Source: Planctomycetota bacterium (GTDB lineage: Bacteria > Planctomycetota > J132). Taken from it: a DNA stretch of 50,889 bases. Shown piece after piece: positions 1-7,727 of the stretch. Position 1 is the stretch's first letter, and each line of letters opens with the position of its first letter. The notes beneath the pieces are model-generated. The model saw only the letters and a list, made by a program, of their open reading frames with translations. It searched no databases and had not been told where the DNA came from. The DNA is taken from positions 1 to 50,889 of the forward strand of contig RFKQ01000123.1 of assembly GCA_003694635.1 (NCBI GenBank), in the 5' to 3' direction. Both the position numbers and the translations under genes were made by a program.

Positions 1-116
1 CTCTAGAATTGGGTTTAAAGTGGAAGTCAAGGAGTGTCGATTTTCTAGGATAGAGATAGAAAAGTAGAAAGTATTTGTGCGGATAGAAATCTTAGAGCTC
101 TTGTGGAGATTCGGTT

Positions 117-458
117 ATGGGAAAAAGTGCAAAGATGCTTTTGATAGGAAATATGATGTTATTTCTTGTGCTTTTTATGTTAATGGAGCGGGATCGCTCT
201 CTTTACAATTTGCGGGATAAAAAAGTTTCTCCCCCGTCTTTCGAGGAAACCATTTTAGACTTCAGGCCTCCCTCTAGGCCGAAGCTTCGCTATTATCGAG
301 TGAGGCGTGGAGACACTTTTCCCAAAATCGCCCAAAGATGTTATGGAGATAAAAGGCTATGGCGGAAAATTTTTGAAGCAAACCGCCAAACTGTTCCTCA
401 TCAGGCGAAGTTGATCGCCGGACAGCTTCTCTACATTCCCCCGAAAGAATCATTTTGA
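117..458 (+). CDS. LysM domain protein with N-terminal membrane anchor
   Basis: 113-aa ORF. Hydrophobic N-terminus (LLIGNMMLFLVLFMLM). C-terminal LysM-like signature YYRVRRGDTFPKIAQRCYGD..WRKIFEANR..LIAGQLLYIP. TGA stop. Confidence 0.7.
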   Translation: MGKSAKMLLIGNMMLFLVLFMLMERDRSLYNLRDKKVSPPSFEETILDFRPPSRPKLRYYRVRRGDTFPKIAQRCYGDKRLWRKIFEANRQTVPHQAKLIAGQLLYIPPKESF

Positions 459-466
459 CAATGTAC

Positions 467-730
467 TTAACTTTGAGGAATTTTTTCCTTGGACAAGCCA
501 AGAATTTTGGTTAGAATTTTTTGACTTTGGCAGCCATTTTGGCTGTAGTAGTGAAACAATTGGAAGGACTTTTGGGTTTGCTGTTGAAGAAGTTTTAGGG
601 CTTCCAGCTCTTTTTGGCACTTTTTGCAGTTTTGGGTGTGTTGTTCAAATTTTTTCTTTTGCGTACCATTTAACTCTTGATCGAGGTACAGGGAATAGAT
701 CATCTTATCTTCTGGGCAGGCTACGAACAT
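467..730 (-). CDS. Putative zf-HC2 type anti-sigma factor-like protein
   Basis: 87-aa ORF with ATG start. Pattern C-x11-YLDQEL...H-x3-C-x2-C (HTQNCKKCQKEL) resembles the zf-HC2 anti-sigma zinc finger. No TM segment and no sigma factor gene nearby. Confidence 0.45.
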   Translation of the reverse strand: MFVACPEDKMIYSLYLDQELNGTQKKKFEQHTQNCKKCQKELEALKLLQQQTQKSFQLFHYYSQNGCQSQKILTKILGLSKEKIPQS

Positions 731-1062
731 TGGATATCACCTTTTTATATGAACTTGAAAAAACACGAAAACAATGATTATAAACTAAAATTTACCTATT
801 CATCGAACACTCTCTATTTTTTTGAGATTTTAGGACTTCTAAATTTGATCCCAAAATCTGCTGACAAAATAATTGGCTTCATTCCCTGCCTATCCTAGCT
901 CGATTGAATTCTCTGCGAACTCTGCCCTAAAAGAGGCCAAACCTTCTTTGCTATACACTGCCCCAAAGGAGTATTGATGATCTCCTAATTTAGTAAGTCG
1001 ATAATCTTCTAAAAAATTTTAAAGAAAAAGCTAAATTTTCAGAACTTTTTGTTATGATGAAC

Positions 1063-1350
1063 TCATTCCGTTTCAGATTCTGAGCTTGAAGTTTCCGCAC
1101 TCTTTTTATTCAGCTCTAGCGCATCCGTATACGCATCGTAAATACCATACGCCCAAATCAAGATAAATACAAGTTGATAGTAATGGAAACCCTTGAAATA
1201 AACAATACTAGCAATAAGAGCCACCCAAAATACAATAAAATAAAGTATACAATAAAAAATATCTTTTAAGTACGCATGTCCCAAACCTGGCACAATGGCT
1301 AGCAAAGCCGCCACTACTGGGCTCTTTTCCTGATCTAAATAATCGTCCAT
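1063..1350 (-). CDS. Small integral membrane protein (2-3 TM helices), unknown function
   Basis: 95-aa ORF with hydrophobic stretches (VVAALLAIVPGLGHAYL, ILYFIVFWVALIASIVYF, LVFILIWAYGIY) and an acidic Ser/Glu C-terminal tail. Confidence 0.5.
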   Translation of the reverse strand: MDDYLDQEKSPVVAALLAIVPGLGHAYLKDIFYCILYFIVFWVALIASIVYFKGFHYYQLVFILIWAYGIYDAYTDALELNKKSAETSSSESETE

Positions 1351-1470
1351 AGTACCTTACCTCCTTTAAAAGAAAATAAATTTCAAAAGAAAATCATTTA
1401 TAAAACTTCCGAGAAATCTCTTTTTCTAAATCATAGGAAAAAAAATCTATTTTTCAAGGAAATTTTTACC

Positions 1471-1497
1471 TAATAAAAAAGAGGCAAAAGTTGCCTC
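1471..1497 (-). terminator. Rho-independent terminator of the minus-strand metal operon
   Basis: Perfect 7-bp hairpin GAGGCAA-(3 nt)-TTGCCTC at 1481-1497. On the minus strand it is followed by TTTTTTATTA. It lies ~110 nt downstream of the 1606 stop. Confidence 0.6.
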
Positions 1498-1605
1498 CCT
1501 CTTATATAGGAGCGGTTTTTCATCTTTATCTGAAATTTGGTTTCATCCTCTTTGGAGTGGGTCGAAATATCCTCAAATAAGTTTGGCTATACTCGGATTT
1601 TAAAA

Positions 1606-2010
1606 CTAAAACTCGTAGGAAATCTCTTGCAAAGCCTTTTTTATCTCCCCTAAACAGCAACGACCCTGGGGATTTTTGGTCTTACAAGAACATTCTTTGG
1701 CTTTGATTTTAGCGGTAATTTCCTCAAGCACCGTGGTTTTACCCGTCTTTTGAATCTCGTTCTGAATTCTCTCCAGCGTATACCCAAAACAGTAGCACAA
1801 CCATCGAGATTTGGCTGAGCTTTCTTTCAGCCCTACTTTAACACGAAGGCCATTTTTCTCAATGGTCTCCTCCCCGCGAAAATACACCACCTCGCATCCC
1901 CGAGAAGGGCAAAAGGAAAAACCGGATAAACTTTTAAAATTTTTTTGCACCTCTATCTTCACCAGACTCTTTAGAGTGATTTCCGGGAACCCTCCTGCCC
2001 CTAAAGCCAC
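1606..2010 (-). CDS. CopZ-like / putative Fe-S-cluster-binding metallochaperone family protein; N-terminus apparently displaced into another frame
   Basis: Motifs FCPSRGCEVVYF, WLCYCFGYT, ECSCKTKNPQGRCCLGEI match the Cys-rich metallochaperone family found in metal-resistance operons. The expected N-terminal CPxCG motif (KPCPKCGFRGRRV) is encoded in a different frame from a GTG at 2053-2051. That GTG overlaps the upstream stop as GTGA and follows GGGAGGAAAAG. Confidence 0.6.
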   Translation of the reverse strand: MALGAGGFPEITLKSLVKIEVQKNFKSLSGFSFCPSRGCEVVYFRGEETIEKNGLRVKVGLKESSAKSRWLCYCFGYTLERIQNEIQKTGKTTVLEEITAKIKAKECSCKTKNPQGRCCLGEIKKALQEISYEF

Positions 2011-2049
2011 ATTTCGGGCAGGGTTTAACTGTGGGTATAGATGCGTTGT

Positions 2050-2712
2050 TCACTTTTCCTCCCTAGATGAGGGGTTGACAAATCTTTTCTTTTCAATAAA
2101 GAGTACTTTTGCCCGATAACCTCTTTTCTTTAACGCCTCCAACATTGCAGAAACAGAAGCCTTAGGAGCAGCGTAAACCAAAACCCGCTTTTTTTCAAAC
2201 TCCACCTCTACCCGCCGGATACCTTCTAGCTCTTCCAGAGCTTTTCTGACCCTTGGTGGTCATCCCACCGGTCAGGTCATGCCCTGCACCTCTAATAGAA
2301 TTTTAGAAAACTGCGAAGAAGAACTCCCTGCAGGCTGTGGAGAGCGATAAGCAACTTTCGTAGAAGAAGCAGGGGCGATAACCAAAGAGAAAAGGTAAGG
2401 GTAAGCAAGAAAAAAAATCACCACACATAGAGCAGTCCAGTGAAAAAAATAAAAGAGCTTCTTCCTTGACCTCTGAGATTCGCAACAATCCGTCTTTCTT
2501 CTATAAACCCAATAAAAACTAAATCCCACGCACACCAAAGCAAAAATTCCGAAGAAAAAACGATACTTCTCAAACCATCCCCCCAGAGCCATTCCACCTC
2601 CTCCTAAAAGAAGTAAAAGAGGTGGAAGCCAACAACAAGCTGAAGAGGCCAAAGCGCCTAAAACAGCTAAAAGAGAAAAGACGATGGATTTTCGTTTGGT
2701 ATCTTCTTTCAT
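2050..2712 (-). CDS. MerT-like transporter fused to a C-terminal MerP/HMA domain, with two in-frame TGA codons at the metal-binding Cys positions (candidate selenoprotein)
   Basis: The N-terminal 146 aa are colinear with MerT: TM1 LASSACCWLPPLLLL, loop Cys pair DCCES, three TM helices. The frame continues EVQGMT-TGA-PVG-TGA-PPRVRKALEELEGIRRVEVEFEKKRVLVYAAPKASVSAMLEALKKRGYRAKVL, a complete HMA fold with TGA (2272-2274, 2260-2262) where GMTCxxC cysteines are expected. A third TGA at 2050-2052 ends the domain. Confidence 0.55.
2228..2242 (-). other. Candidate bacterial SECIS-like hairpin
   Basis: On the mRNA strand: AGCUCU-GGA-AGAGCU, a perfect 6-bp stem with a G-containing apical loop. The loop starts ~23 nt after the second UGA and ~35 nt after the first. 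A second nested hairpin UGACC-GGUGG-GAUGA-CCACC-AAG-GGUCA (2274-2247) encloses both UGAs. Confidence 0.35.
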
Positions 2713-2791
2713 TTTTCCTCCCGTACTATAAAACTTTTTGTGTCAAATTAACGTTTATCTCAACATTTACCTTCGTCTCCGTATCTTCCTA

Positions 2792-3241
2792 TCACTTTTT
2801 TGCCTCCTTTGTCTCTGTCTCTGCCCTACTTCCTTCGCCTAAAGCGGCCAAAATAGGACAAGTACTGGTGGTCGAAGAAGTGCATTTCTCCAGCATAGCC
2901 TCCAAAGACTTTTTAAGCTCTTGCAACCGCTCTATTTTCTCCTCCAGTTCAGATATTTTCTTTCGAACCTCTTTTTGGACCGAAGAACAAAGATTCTCCG
3001 AATTGTCCCTCTTTTGCTCCAAGTCCGAAAGATAAAGAAAATACCCAATCTCACTCAAACTAAACCCCAATCTTTGAGCATTTTTGATAAATCGAACTCT
3101 TTCTAAGTCCCTTAGACTATATTTTCGATAGCCAGAAGAGGTCCGAATTGGAGAGGGCAAAAGCCCAATGCTCTCATAATATCGAATAGACGCTGGAGAA
3201 ATCCCCACGTATTTTGCCATCTTACCGATCGTGAATTCCAT
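2792..3241 (-). CDS. MerR/CueR-family heavy-metal-responsive transcriptional regulator
   Basis: N-terminal HTH IGKMAKYVGISPASIRYYESIGLL, SGYRKYSLRDLERVRFIKNAQRLGFSLSEI, a long coiled-coil helix, and C-terminal loop C-x7-C-P-I-L (CTSSTTSTCPILAAL) as in CueR. There is an additional Cys (NLCSS) near the start of the dimerisation helix, as in MerR/ZntR. Confidence 0.9.
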   Translation of the reverse strand: MEFTIGKMAKYVGISPASIRYYESIGLLPSPIRTSSGYRKYSLRDLERVRFIKNAQRLGFSLSEIGYFLYLSDLEQKRDNSENLCSSVQKEVRKKISELEEKIERLQELKKSLEAMLEKCTSSTTSTCPILAALGEGSRAETETKEAKK

Positions 3242-3293
3242 TTTTCTTCCTTCAATACCAAGAATTTTTGCTTATTCCTTCTTCCTCACTAAA

Positions 3294-3324
3294 AGTGTAA
3301 CCTTAAAGGCGACTACAAGGTCAA
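3294..3324 (-). promoter_or_regulatory. MerR-type promoter with 19-bp spacer and operator dyad
   Basis: Minus strand reads cTTGACC-TTGTAGTCGCCTTTAAGGT-TACACT: -35 TTGACC, 19-nt spacer, -10 TACACT. Dyad ACCTT-N12-AAGGT sits in the same register as the E. coli copA/CueR promoter as I remember it (TTGACCTTcc..ggAAGGTTtaacct). It lies ~53 nt upstream of the regulator ATG. Confidence 0.5.
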
Positions 3325-3511
3325 GGGATTTTTCCAAAATTTTCGAATACTTTAAAAATACTCCCCCAATTGCCCGAAAGAGACTTGCAATTAGGCTCCA
3401 CAGCTAGTAAAATAAATTTCTTGCTGCTCCGCTGTTTTTCATTTGAAAAAACACTGCCAAAAACTTGCTCAAAGTTGCCGAAATCCATAAAGGAACACCC
3501 GAACGGGAAAC

Positions 3512-3946
3512 ATGTCAAAACAAAAAGGAATGCAACAGCGGATTAAAATCTGGTTTATCGACGATTTTGAGGGAAATTTGCGCGCCTGGAAAAGGGGCTT
3601 TCCTCCCAAGATCGCTCAATCCTGCGAACTACGCACCTTCTTGCGCTGGAATACCCTCAAAAACGAACTGGAGCGCAATCGCCTTCCAGATATCCTTTTT
3701 CTCGACTACTTCTTAGCCGAAACCTACGGCAGCGATATCCTCCACTGGATGCAGCAAAACCTACGAGAACTCCCCGTCATCGTCGCCCACTCCAGCGTCC
3801 CCCAAGCCAACCAAAAAATGCTAGCTCTAGGCGCCCACTGCGCTTTGAAAAAATACCGGGGCGAAGAAATTTCTTCCCCCATCCAAGAGCACTTCCACGA
3901 TCTTGAAGATATCAAATTCCTTCTCAAATACAAAAAAATCCCCTAA
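3512..3946 (+). CDS. Single-domain response-regulator receiver-like protein
   Basis: 144 aa. IKIWFIDDFEGN (acidic pocket), PDILFLDYFL (putative phospho-acceptor Asp), PVIVAHSS and ALGAHCALKK fit a CheY-like receiver layout. Confidence 0.55.
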   Translation: MSKQKGMQQRIKIWFIDDFEGNLRAWKRGFPPKIAQSCELRTFLRWNTLKNELERNRLPDILFLDYFLAETYGSDILHWMQQNLRELPVIVAHSSVPQANQKMLALGAHCALKKYRGEEISSPIQEHFHDLEDIKFLLKYKKIP

Positions 3947-4024
3947 TCTAATCTTGACAACCCTCTACTTTGCAACAAAATTTTTTACTGAAAACCTTCC
4001 CTCAGCAAGAAACGGAAAAATCCC

Positions 4025-4993
4025 TTGAAATACCAACAAATCGTAGATCTCAATAAATATCAAATCGTACGGGAAATCGCCGTCGGCGGCATGGGAATTG
4101 TGTATGAAGCCATCCAACACGGAATTGAGGGGTTTCGAAAAACAGTGGCCCTTAAGATTATTCAAGAAGAATTCTCCAATGACGCAGAATTCGTGGAAAT
4201 GTTTATCGGAGAAGCTAAACTCGTCGCCGATCTTGTCCATCAAAATATCGTCCAAATCTATCAACTAGGCAAAATGGCCCACTCCTACTACATTGCCATG
4301 GAATACATCAATGGCGTGGATTTGAAAAAATTTATCGATCGGCACATTGAACTGAAACGCCAAGTTCCCCCCGATATCGCTGCCTTTATCATCAGCCGCA
4401 TCTGCCGCGGGCTGGAATATGCTCATAAAAAAAAAGATAGACAAGGCCGCCCCCTCAACGTCGTCCATCGCGATATCTCCCCCGCCAATATCATGCTCAC
4501 CTGGGAAGGGGTGGTCAAAATCACCGACTTCGGTGTGGCCAAAGCCGCCAACCTTATGCGGGATCGCGAAGGGGAAATCCTAATGGGCAAAGTCCGCTAT
4601 ATGTCGCCGGAACAAGCCAAATACCTCCCCACAGACGCCCGTTCCGATATCTTCTCCCTCGGCGTAGTTATGTATGAACTGCTCACTTCTCAGCCCCTTT
4701 TCGAAGCAAGCAATACACAAAAAACCATCCACAATATTGTCCACTCCTCTCCAATTCCCCTAGAAAATATCTGCCCCCATCTCGACCAAGAACTCATTGA
4801 TATAAATAAAAAAGCTCTCGAAAAAAACCCAAAAAAACGCTACCAAAGCGCCGGAAAAATGGGATATGACCTGGAGCATTATATGTATCATGACCGATTT
4901 GGCCCAACAAATGTAACCCTGGAAAAATATCTGCGAGAACTCTTCCCCGACGGAGATTACCAAACCCTCGACAGCTCCTTTGAAGCCAAATAA
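4025..4993 (+). CDS. Hanks-type Ser/Thr protein kinase (kinase domain only)
   Basis: GGMGIVYEA glycine loop, VALKII, HRDISPANIM catalytic loop, DFGVAK, YMSPEQ, DIFSLGVVMYELLT. Start is probably TTG at 4025; there is no in-frame ATG upstream of the glycine loop. Confidence 0.9.
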   Translation: MKYQQIVDLNKYQIVREIAVGGMGIVYEAIQHGIEGFRKTVALKIIQEEFSNDAEFVEMFIGEAKLVADLVHQNIVQIYQLGKMAHSYYIAMEYINGVDLKKFIDRHIELKRQVPPDIAAFIISRICRGLEYAHKKKDRQGRPLNVVHRDISPANIMLTWEGVVKITDFGVAKAANLMRDREGEILMGKVRYMSPEQAKYLPTDARSDIFSLGVVMYELLTSQPLFEASNTQKTIHNIVHSSPIPLENICPHLDQELIDINKKALEKNPKKRYQSAGKMGYDLEHYMYHDRFGPTNVTLEKYLRELFPDGDYQTLDSSFEAK

Positions 4994-5076
4994 TCCTCCA
5001 CCAATCCCCTCCGCTTAAGCCCAACTATAAGAAAATTTGAGAATGAAAAACGAAAAATTCTCCACCCTAAGTAAGG

Positions 5077-5095
5077 GTGTCCCAAAATGGGACAC
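5077..5095. promoter_or_regulatory. Candidate enhancer (bEBP) binding dyad upstream of sRNA copy 1
   Basis: Near-perfect palindrome GTGTCCCAAAATGGGACAC (TGT-N11-ACA) ~183 nt upstream of the -24 GG. The same core GTGTCCCAAAAcGaGACA recurs upstream of copy 2 in otherwise dissimilar flanks. Confidence 0.35.
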
Positions 5096-5267
5096 TTCCG
5101 GAAAAATTCCCTCTTTTGCCTCCGAAAATTTTCAAACAACCTATTTTTTTAAATACTTTTAATCATCCATCAAAAATCCATAACTCCCTGTAAACAAAAA
5201 AGATAGATATTTAAGCTCAAAAATACACTAAAAACTAAAAAAATTTTTTCTTCAAAAAATAATAAAA

Positions 5268-5283
5268 TGGAACAACTTTTGCT
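5268..5283 (+). promoter_or_regulatory. Sigma54-type -24/-12 promoter (TGGAAC-N5-TTGCT)
   Basis: TGGAACAACTTTTGCT matches TGGCAC-N5-TTGCW in spacing and at the GG/GC core. It is conserved as TGGAACAGTTTTTGCT at 36229. Confidence 0.5.
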
Positions 5284-5293
5284 TAAACAACTT

Positions 5294-5480
5294 TTCCACA
5301 TATCAGGGTTTTCTTCCTATCCCCTCGCCCTCGGGAGGCGGGTCGGTATAGGGCGAATCCGGGTGGGAGAAAACCCTCCCTATTTTACCGTATAAGCCAA
5401 CTCAACATCGCCGCTTATACATAAGGGTAAGGTACGCATTTATTTTACCTCCCCCCACCCTGGGTGGGGCATTCTATATT
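5294..5480 (+). ncRNA. Structured small RNA, copy 1 of a two-member paralogous family (unknown family)
   Basis: No credible ORF. Long-range stem GGGUUUUCU (5306-5314) / AGAAAACCC (5368-5376) encloses hairpin CUCGCC-loop-GGCGGG. A perfect 8-bp hairpin GUAUAAGC..GCUUAUAC follows, then terminal hairpin CCCCACCC-U-GGGUGGGG (5453-5469) followed by a weak, interrupted U-tract (CAUUCUAUAUU). The 5' domain and terminator are near-identical to 36255-36427. The 5' end is inferred from the promoter, not observed. Confidence 0.5.
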
Positions 5481-5831
5481 GTGTTCCTGTTAATAAATTT
5501 GATTTTTTAAACCAATCTTATTTTAGGCAATTTCCTTTAAACCATTCTCGCTTTCTCACTTTAGACAACTTCCTCTAAGAAAAAAACTTTTGACACAAGA
5601 TAAAGTAAAACCTCCTCCTGTGTTTTTTGAGCTATTTCTTTGATCGAATTTCCTTTCTTCTGACAAGAAGAAAGAGGGGCATCGATTTCTTTCCTGTTTT
5701 TAGCTATTTTTCGGTTCTATGGTTTTCCCATTTCGCTGTAATTTTTCTCATAGCGAGACTTCAGCTTTTTCAGTGCTTCACCCTGGCGGGAACTTGCAGC
5801 GTATGTTTTGCTTTTGAAATGAAAAATCGTG

Positions 5832-7208
5832 ATGAAATGGAAGTTTTCTTTGTTTCGCTGGACAAATCGTAAATTCTTACTCCGCGCCGCTTTTTTGGTT
5901 TTCTCTTTTGGTGTTTTGCTGTTTTTGGGGTATCGCTTTTTCACCCTCGAGCGCCCTATTCCTCCTCCGCCGCGCCTGTTAGTACCTCGTCCTTTGCCTG
6001 TGGAAATAGATAGAAACCGCAATGGGGTACCCGACAAATGGGAGTTGGGATTGTCCAAAAAATTCAACCCTTGCATGGCGTTTACAGGCAAAAAGATCTG
6101 GCCTATTGATCACAATTATCTTTGGGCGAATAACAGCCCTTTAAAGGCGCGCATTTACCTTCAGAAAGGAAATCACTTAACTTTCTTGCGGGAGAAGACC
6201 GTTCTCTCTTCCCAGGACTTACTCACGCGAAATTGGTCCAACCTCCCCCGGCGCTATGTAAAGCGGATAAATGGCAAGAAGTACACCTTTCTGGTGCGCT
6301 ATTACTCCGACGGACCTGGCGAAAATTTAGGCCCTGGAAAGGATCGGATGAGCTGGGATAAGGCATTTCTCGCTCTCCAAGGGGGGACCTTGAAAAATCC
6401 TTCTCAGCGGCCTTATCCGCCCACGCAGTACGTTCATTTTTTTTGGAAATCCCCCGATATTCTCGGAATTCAGTACTGGTTTTACTACCCTTTTAACAAG
6501 TGCATCAATAACCATGAAGGGGATTGGGAGCACATCAATATCCTTTTGCGTTTAAAAGGAAAGACCCTTGAAAAGTTCAACCCTCAAAAAAATCACCAAA
6601 CACCCCTTCGCTATCAGTTTTTTTTTCATCACTACTACATCGAAACTTCAAATGTCTATCGATTTCGGGACAAAAATGGAGTTCGCGGCGATCACGTCCT
6701 TGTTTTTGTGGGCGGCTACAGTTCCTTTCTTATCCCGGATATCCAGTGGAAAACCGCCCTTGGAGGTTGGTTCCCTTTTGCCGTTCCCCGCTGGGAAGGC
6801 GAATATTCTGGCGGGAGCTATCCCCAGCCCGGCTGGTATGCCAACGTGGGAGGATTTGGACCACTGCAGGCTAGGGAAGAGGTGCTTCCTCGTCGTCTCA
6901 TCCATGCCAATGACTTTCGTTTGGTGCTTCTAGCGGATCCGGAGCACATGGATTTTGATCGCTATCCCCATTTAAGCTGGTTAAATTTGGAATTTTACAG
7001 TGGAAATTGGAGCTGCGATTGGAATGCGCAAATCATCAAGTGGGCCAAAGGTCATAGAGCCCCTCTCCAACCTGCGTTTAAGCCCAATTGGAATGGGAAC
7101 TCTATTTTTCCTCCATGGAAGGCTTGGCAAAAATCAAAGCTTTCTATTTTCCACCCCCCCGCTCACTGGAAAGTCATCCAAAAAGCGGACCCTAAACTAT
7201 TTCGCTAA
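5832..7208 (+). CDS. Membrane-anchored protein with Vps62/DUF946-like domain
   Basis: N-terminal TM (LLRAAFLVFSFGVLLFLGY). Motif QYWFYYPFNKCINNHEGDWEHINILL resembles the YWxFYxxN...HxGDWEH signature of the Vps62/DUF946 family. ATG at 5832, one codon after a GTG at 5829. Confidence 0.5.
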   Translation: MKWKFSLFRWTNRKFLLRAAFLVFSFGVLLFLGYRFFTLERPIPPPPRLLVPRPLPVEIDRNRNGVPDKWELGLSKKFNPCMAFTGKKIWPIDHNYLWANNSPLKARIYLQKGNHLTFLREKTVLSSQDLLTRNWSNLPRRYVKRINGKKYTFLVRYYSDGPGENLGPGKDRMSWDKAFLALQGGTLKNPSQRPYPPTQYVHFFWKSPDILGIQYWFYYPFNKCINNHEGDWEHINILLRLKGKTLEKFNPQKNHQTPLRYQFFFHHYYIETSNVYRFRDKNGVRGDHVLVFVGGYSSFLIPDIQWKTALGGWFPFAVPRWEGEYSGGSYPQPGWYANVGGFGPLQAREEVLPRRLIHANDFRLVLLADPEHMDFDRYPHLSWLNLEFYSGNWSCDWNAQIIKWAKGHRAPLQPAFKPNWNGNSIFPPWKAWQKSKLSIFHPPAHWKVIQKADPKLFR

Positions 7209-7270
7209 TCGCCGCACTAAGGCAGGTTTTCTTATCGTCTGCCAAACCAACGGGAACGGGAAAGCGAAAT

Positions 7271-7540
7271 TTAAAATCCGAGTTCATAGAGCATGTTCGA
7301 AACGGCCTGTTCGAGTTTTTCCCCTTTTAGATAGGTGCCGTTTTGAATTTGTTCGCGAATAGCATCGATTTTTTCTTGACGGATTTGTCCGCTTTCCGCG
7401 AGTTTTTCCAGATACTGGGCCTCTTTTGAGATGGTGATCTGATCCGGAGTATCCAAGCTGGAAGGCGTTTTCAAATCCCCATCCCTCCACTGTCCGATAG
7501 AGAGGTGGCTATCTGCTCCGCCGATGCCGGAAATGTTCAT
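7271..7540 (-). CDS. flgM: Anti-sigma-28 factor FlgM
   Basis: 89 aa. The C-terminal half ISKEAQYLEKLAESGQIRQEKIDAIREQIQNGTYLKGEKLEQAVSNML matches the FlgM signature (IRxEKVxxIKxxIxxGxY..d..kia). Confidence 0.75.
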   Translation of the reverse strand: MNISGIGGADSHLSIGQWRDGDLKTPSSLDTPDQITISKEAQYLEKLAESGQIRQEKIDAIREQIQNGTYLKGEKLEQAVSNMLYELGF

Positions 7541-7727
7541 TTTACAGACTCCTTTGCATAAATAGGGGAAAAATAATCATCATAACGGCGATAGAGGCTT
7601 CATTTCTCTAGGATTTGCTTCCGGACTTACCGTCCTTTTCTCTGGTTTTGTTCAGCCATTTACTCTATCGGCAAAAACAGGCCAAAGCATAAAAAAATTT
7701 TCCAAAATTGCAACTTACTCGCCGCTT

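Noticed and set aside
2260-2274. TGA read as a sense codon genome-wide (genetic code 4 or 25) as the explanation for the in-frame TGAs.
   Set aside because: TGA ends mreC at a normal protein length, and read-through there would add ~50 codons. TGA also ends the LysM gene and the HMA domain itself. Every other gene in the window uses TAA or TAG with full-length products. Local recoding or nonsense mutation fits better than code reassignment.
1811-3035. Plus-strand ORFs 1811-2119 and 2622-3035, antisense to the metal operon.
   Set aside because: The opposite strand encodes clear MerR, MerT, HMA and metallochaperone motifs. These ORFs have no motifs or RBS.
5717-6091. 124-aa basic minus-strand ORF overlapping the start of the Vps62-like gene. 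Also the ORFs at 4957-5139 and 36315-36530 overlapping the sRNA loci.
   Set aside because: None has an RBS or a recognisable motif, and the translations are low-complexity. These regions are better explained by the plus-strand CDS or by the promoter and sRNA elements.
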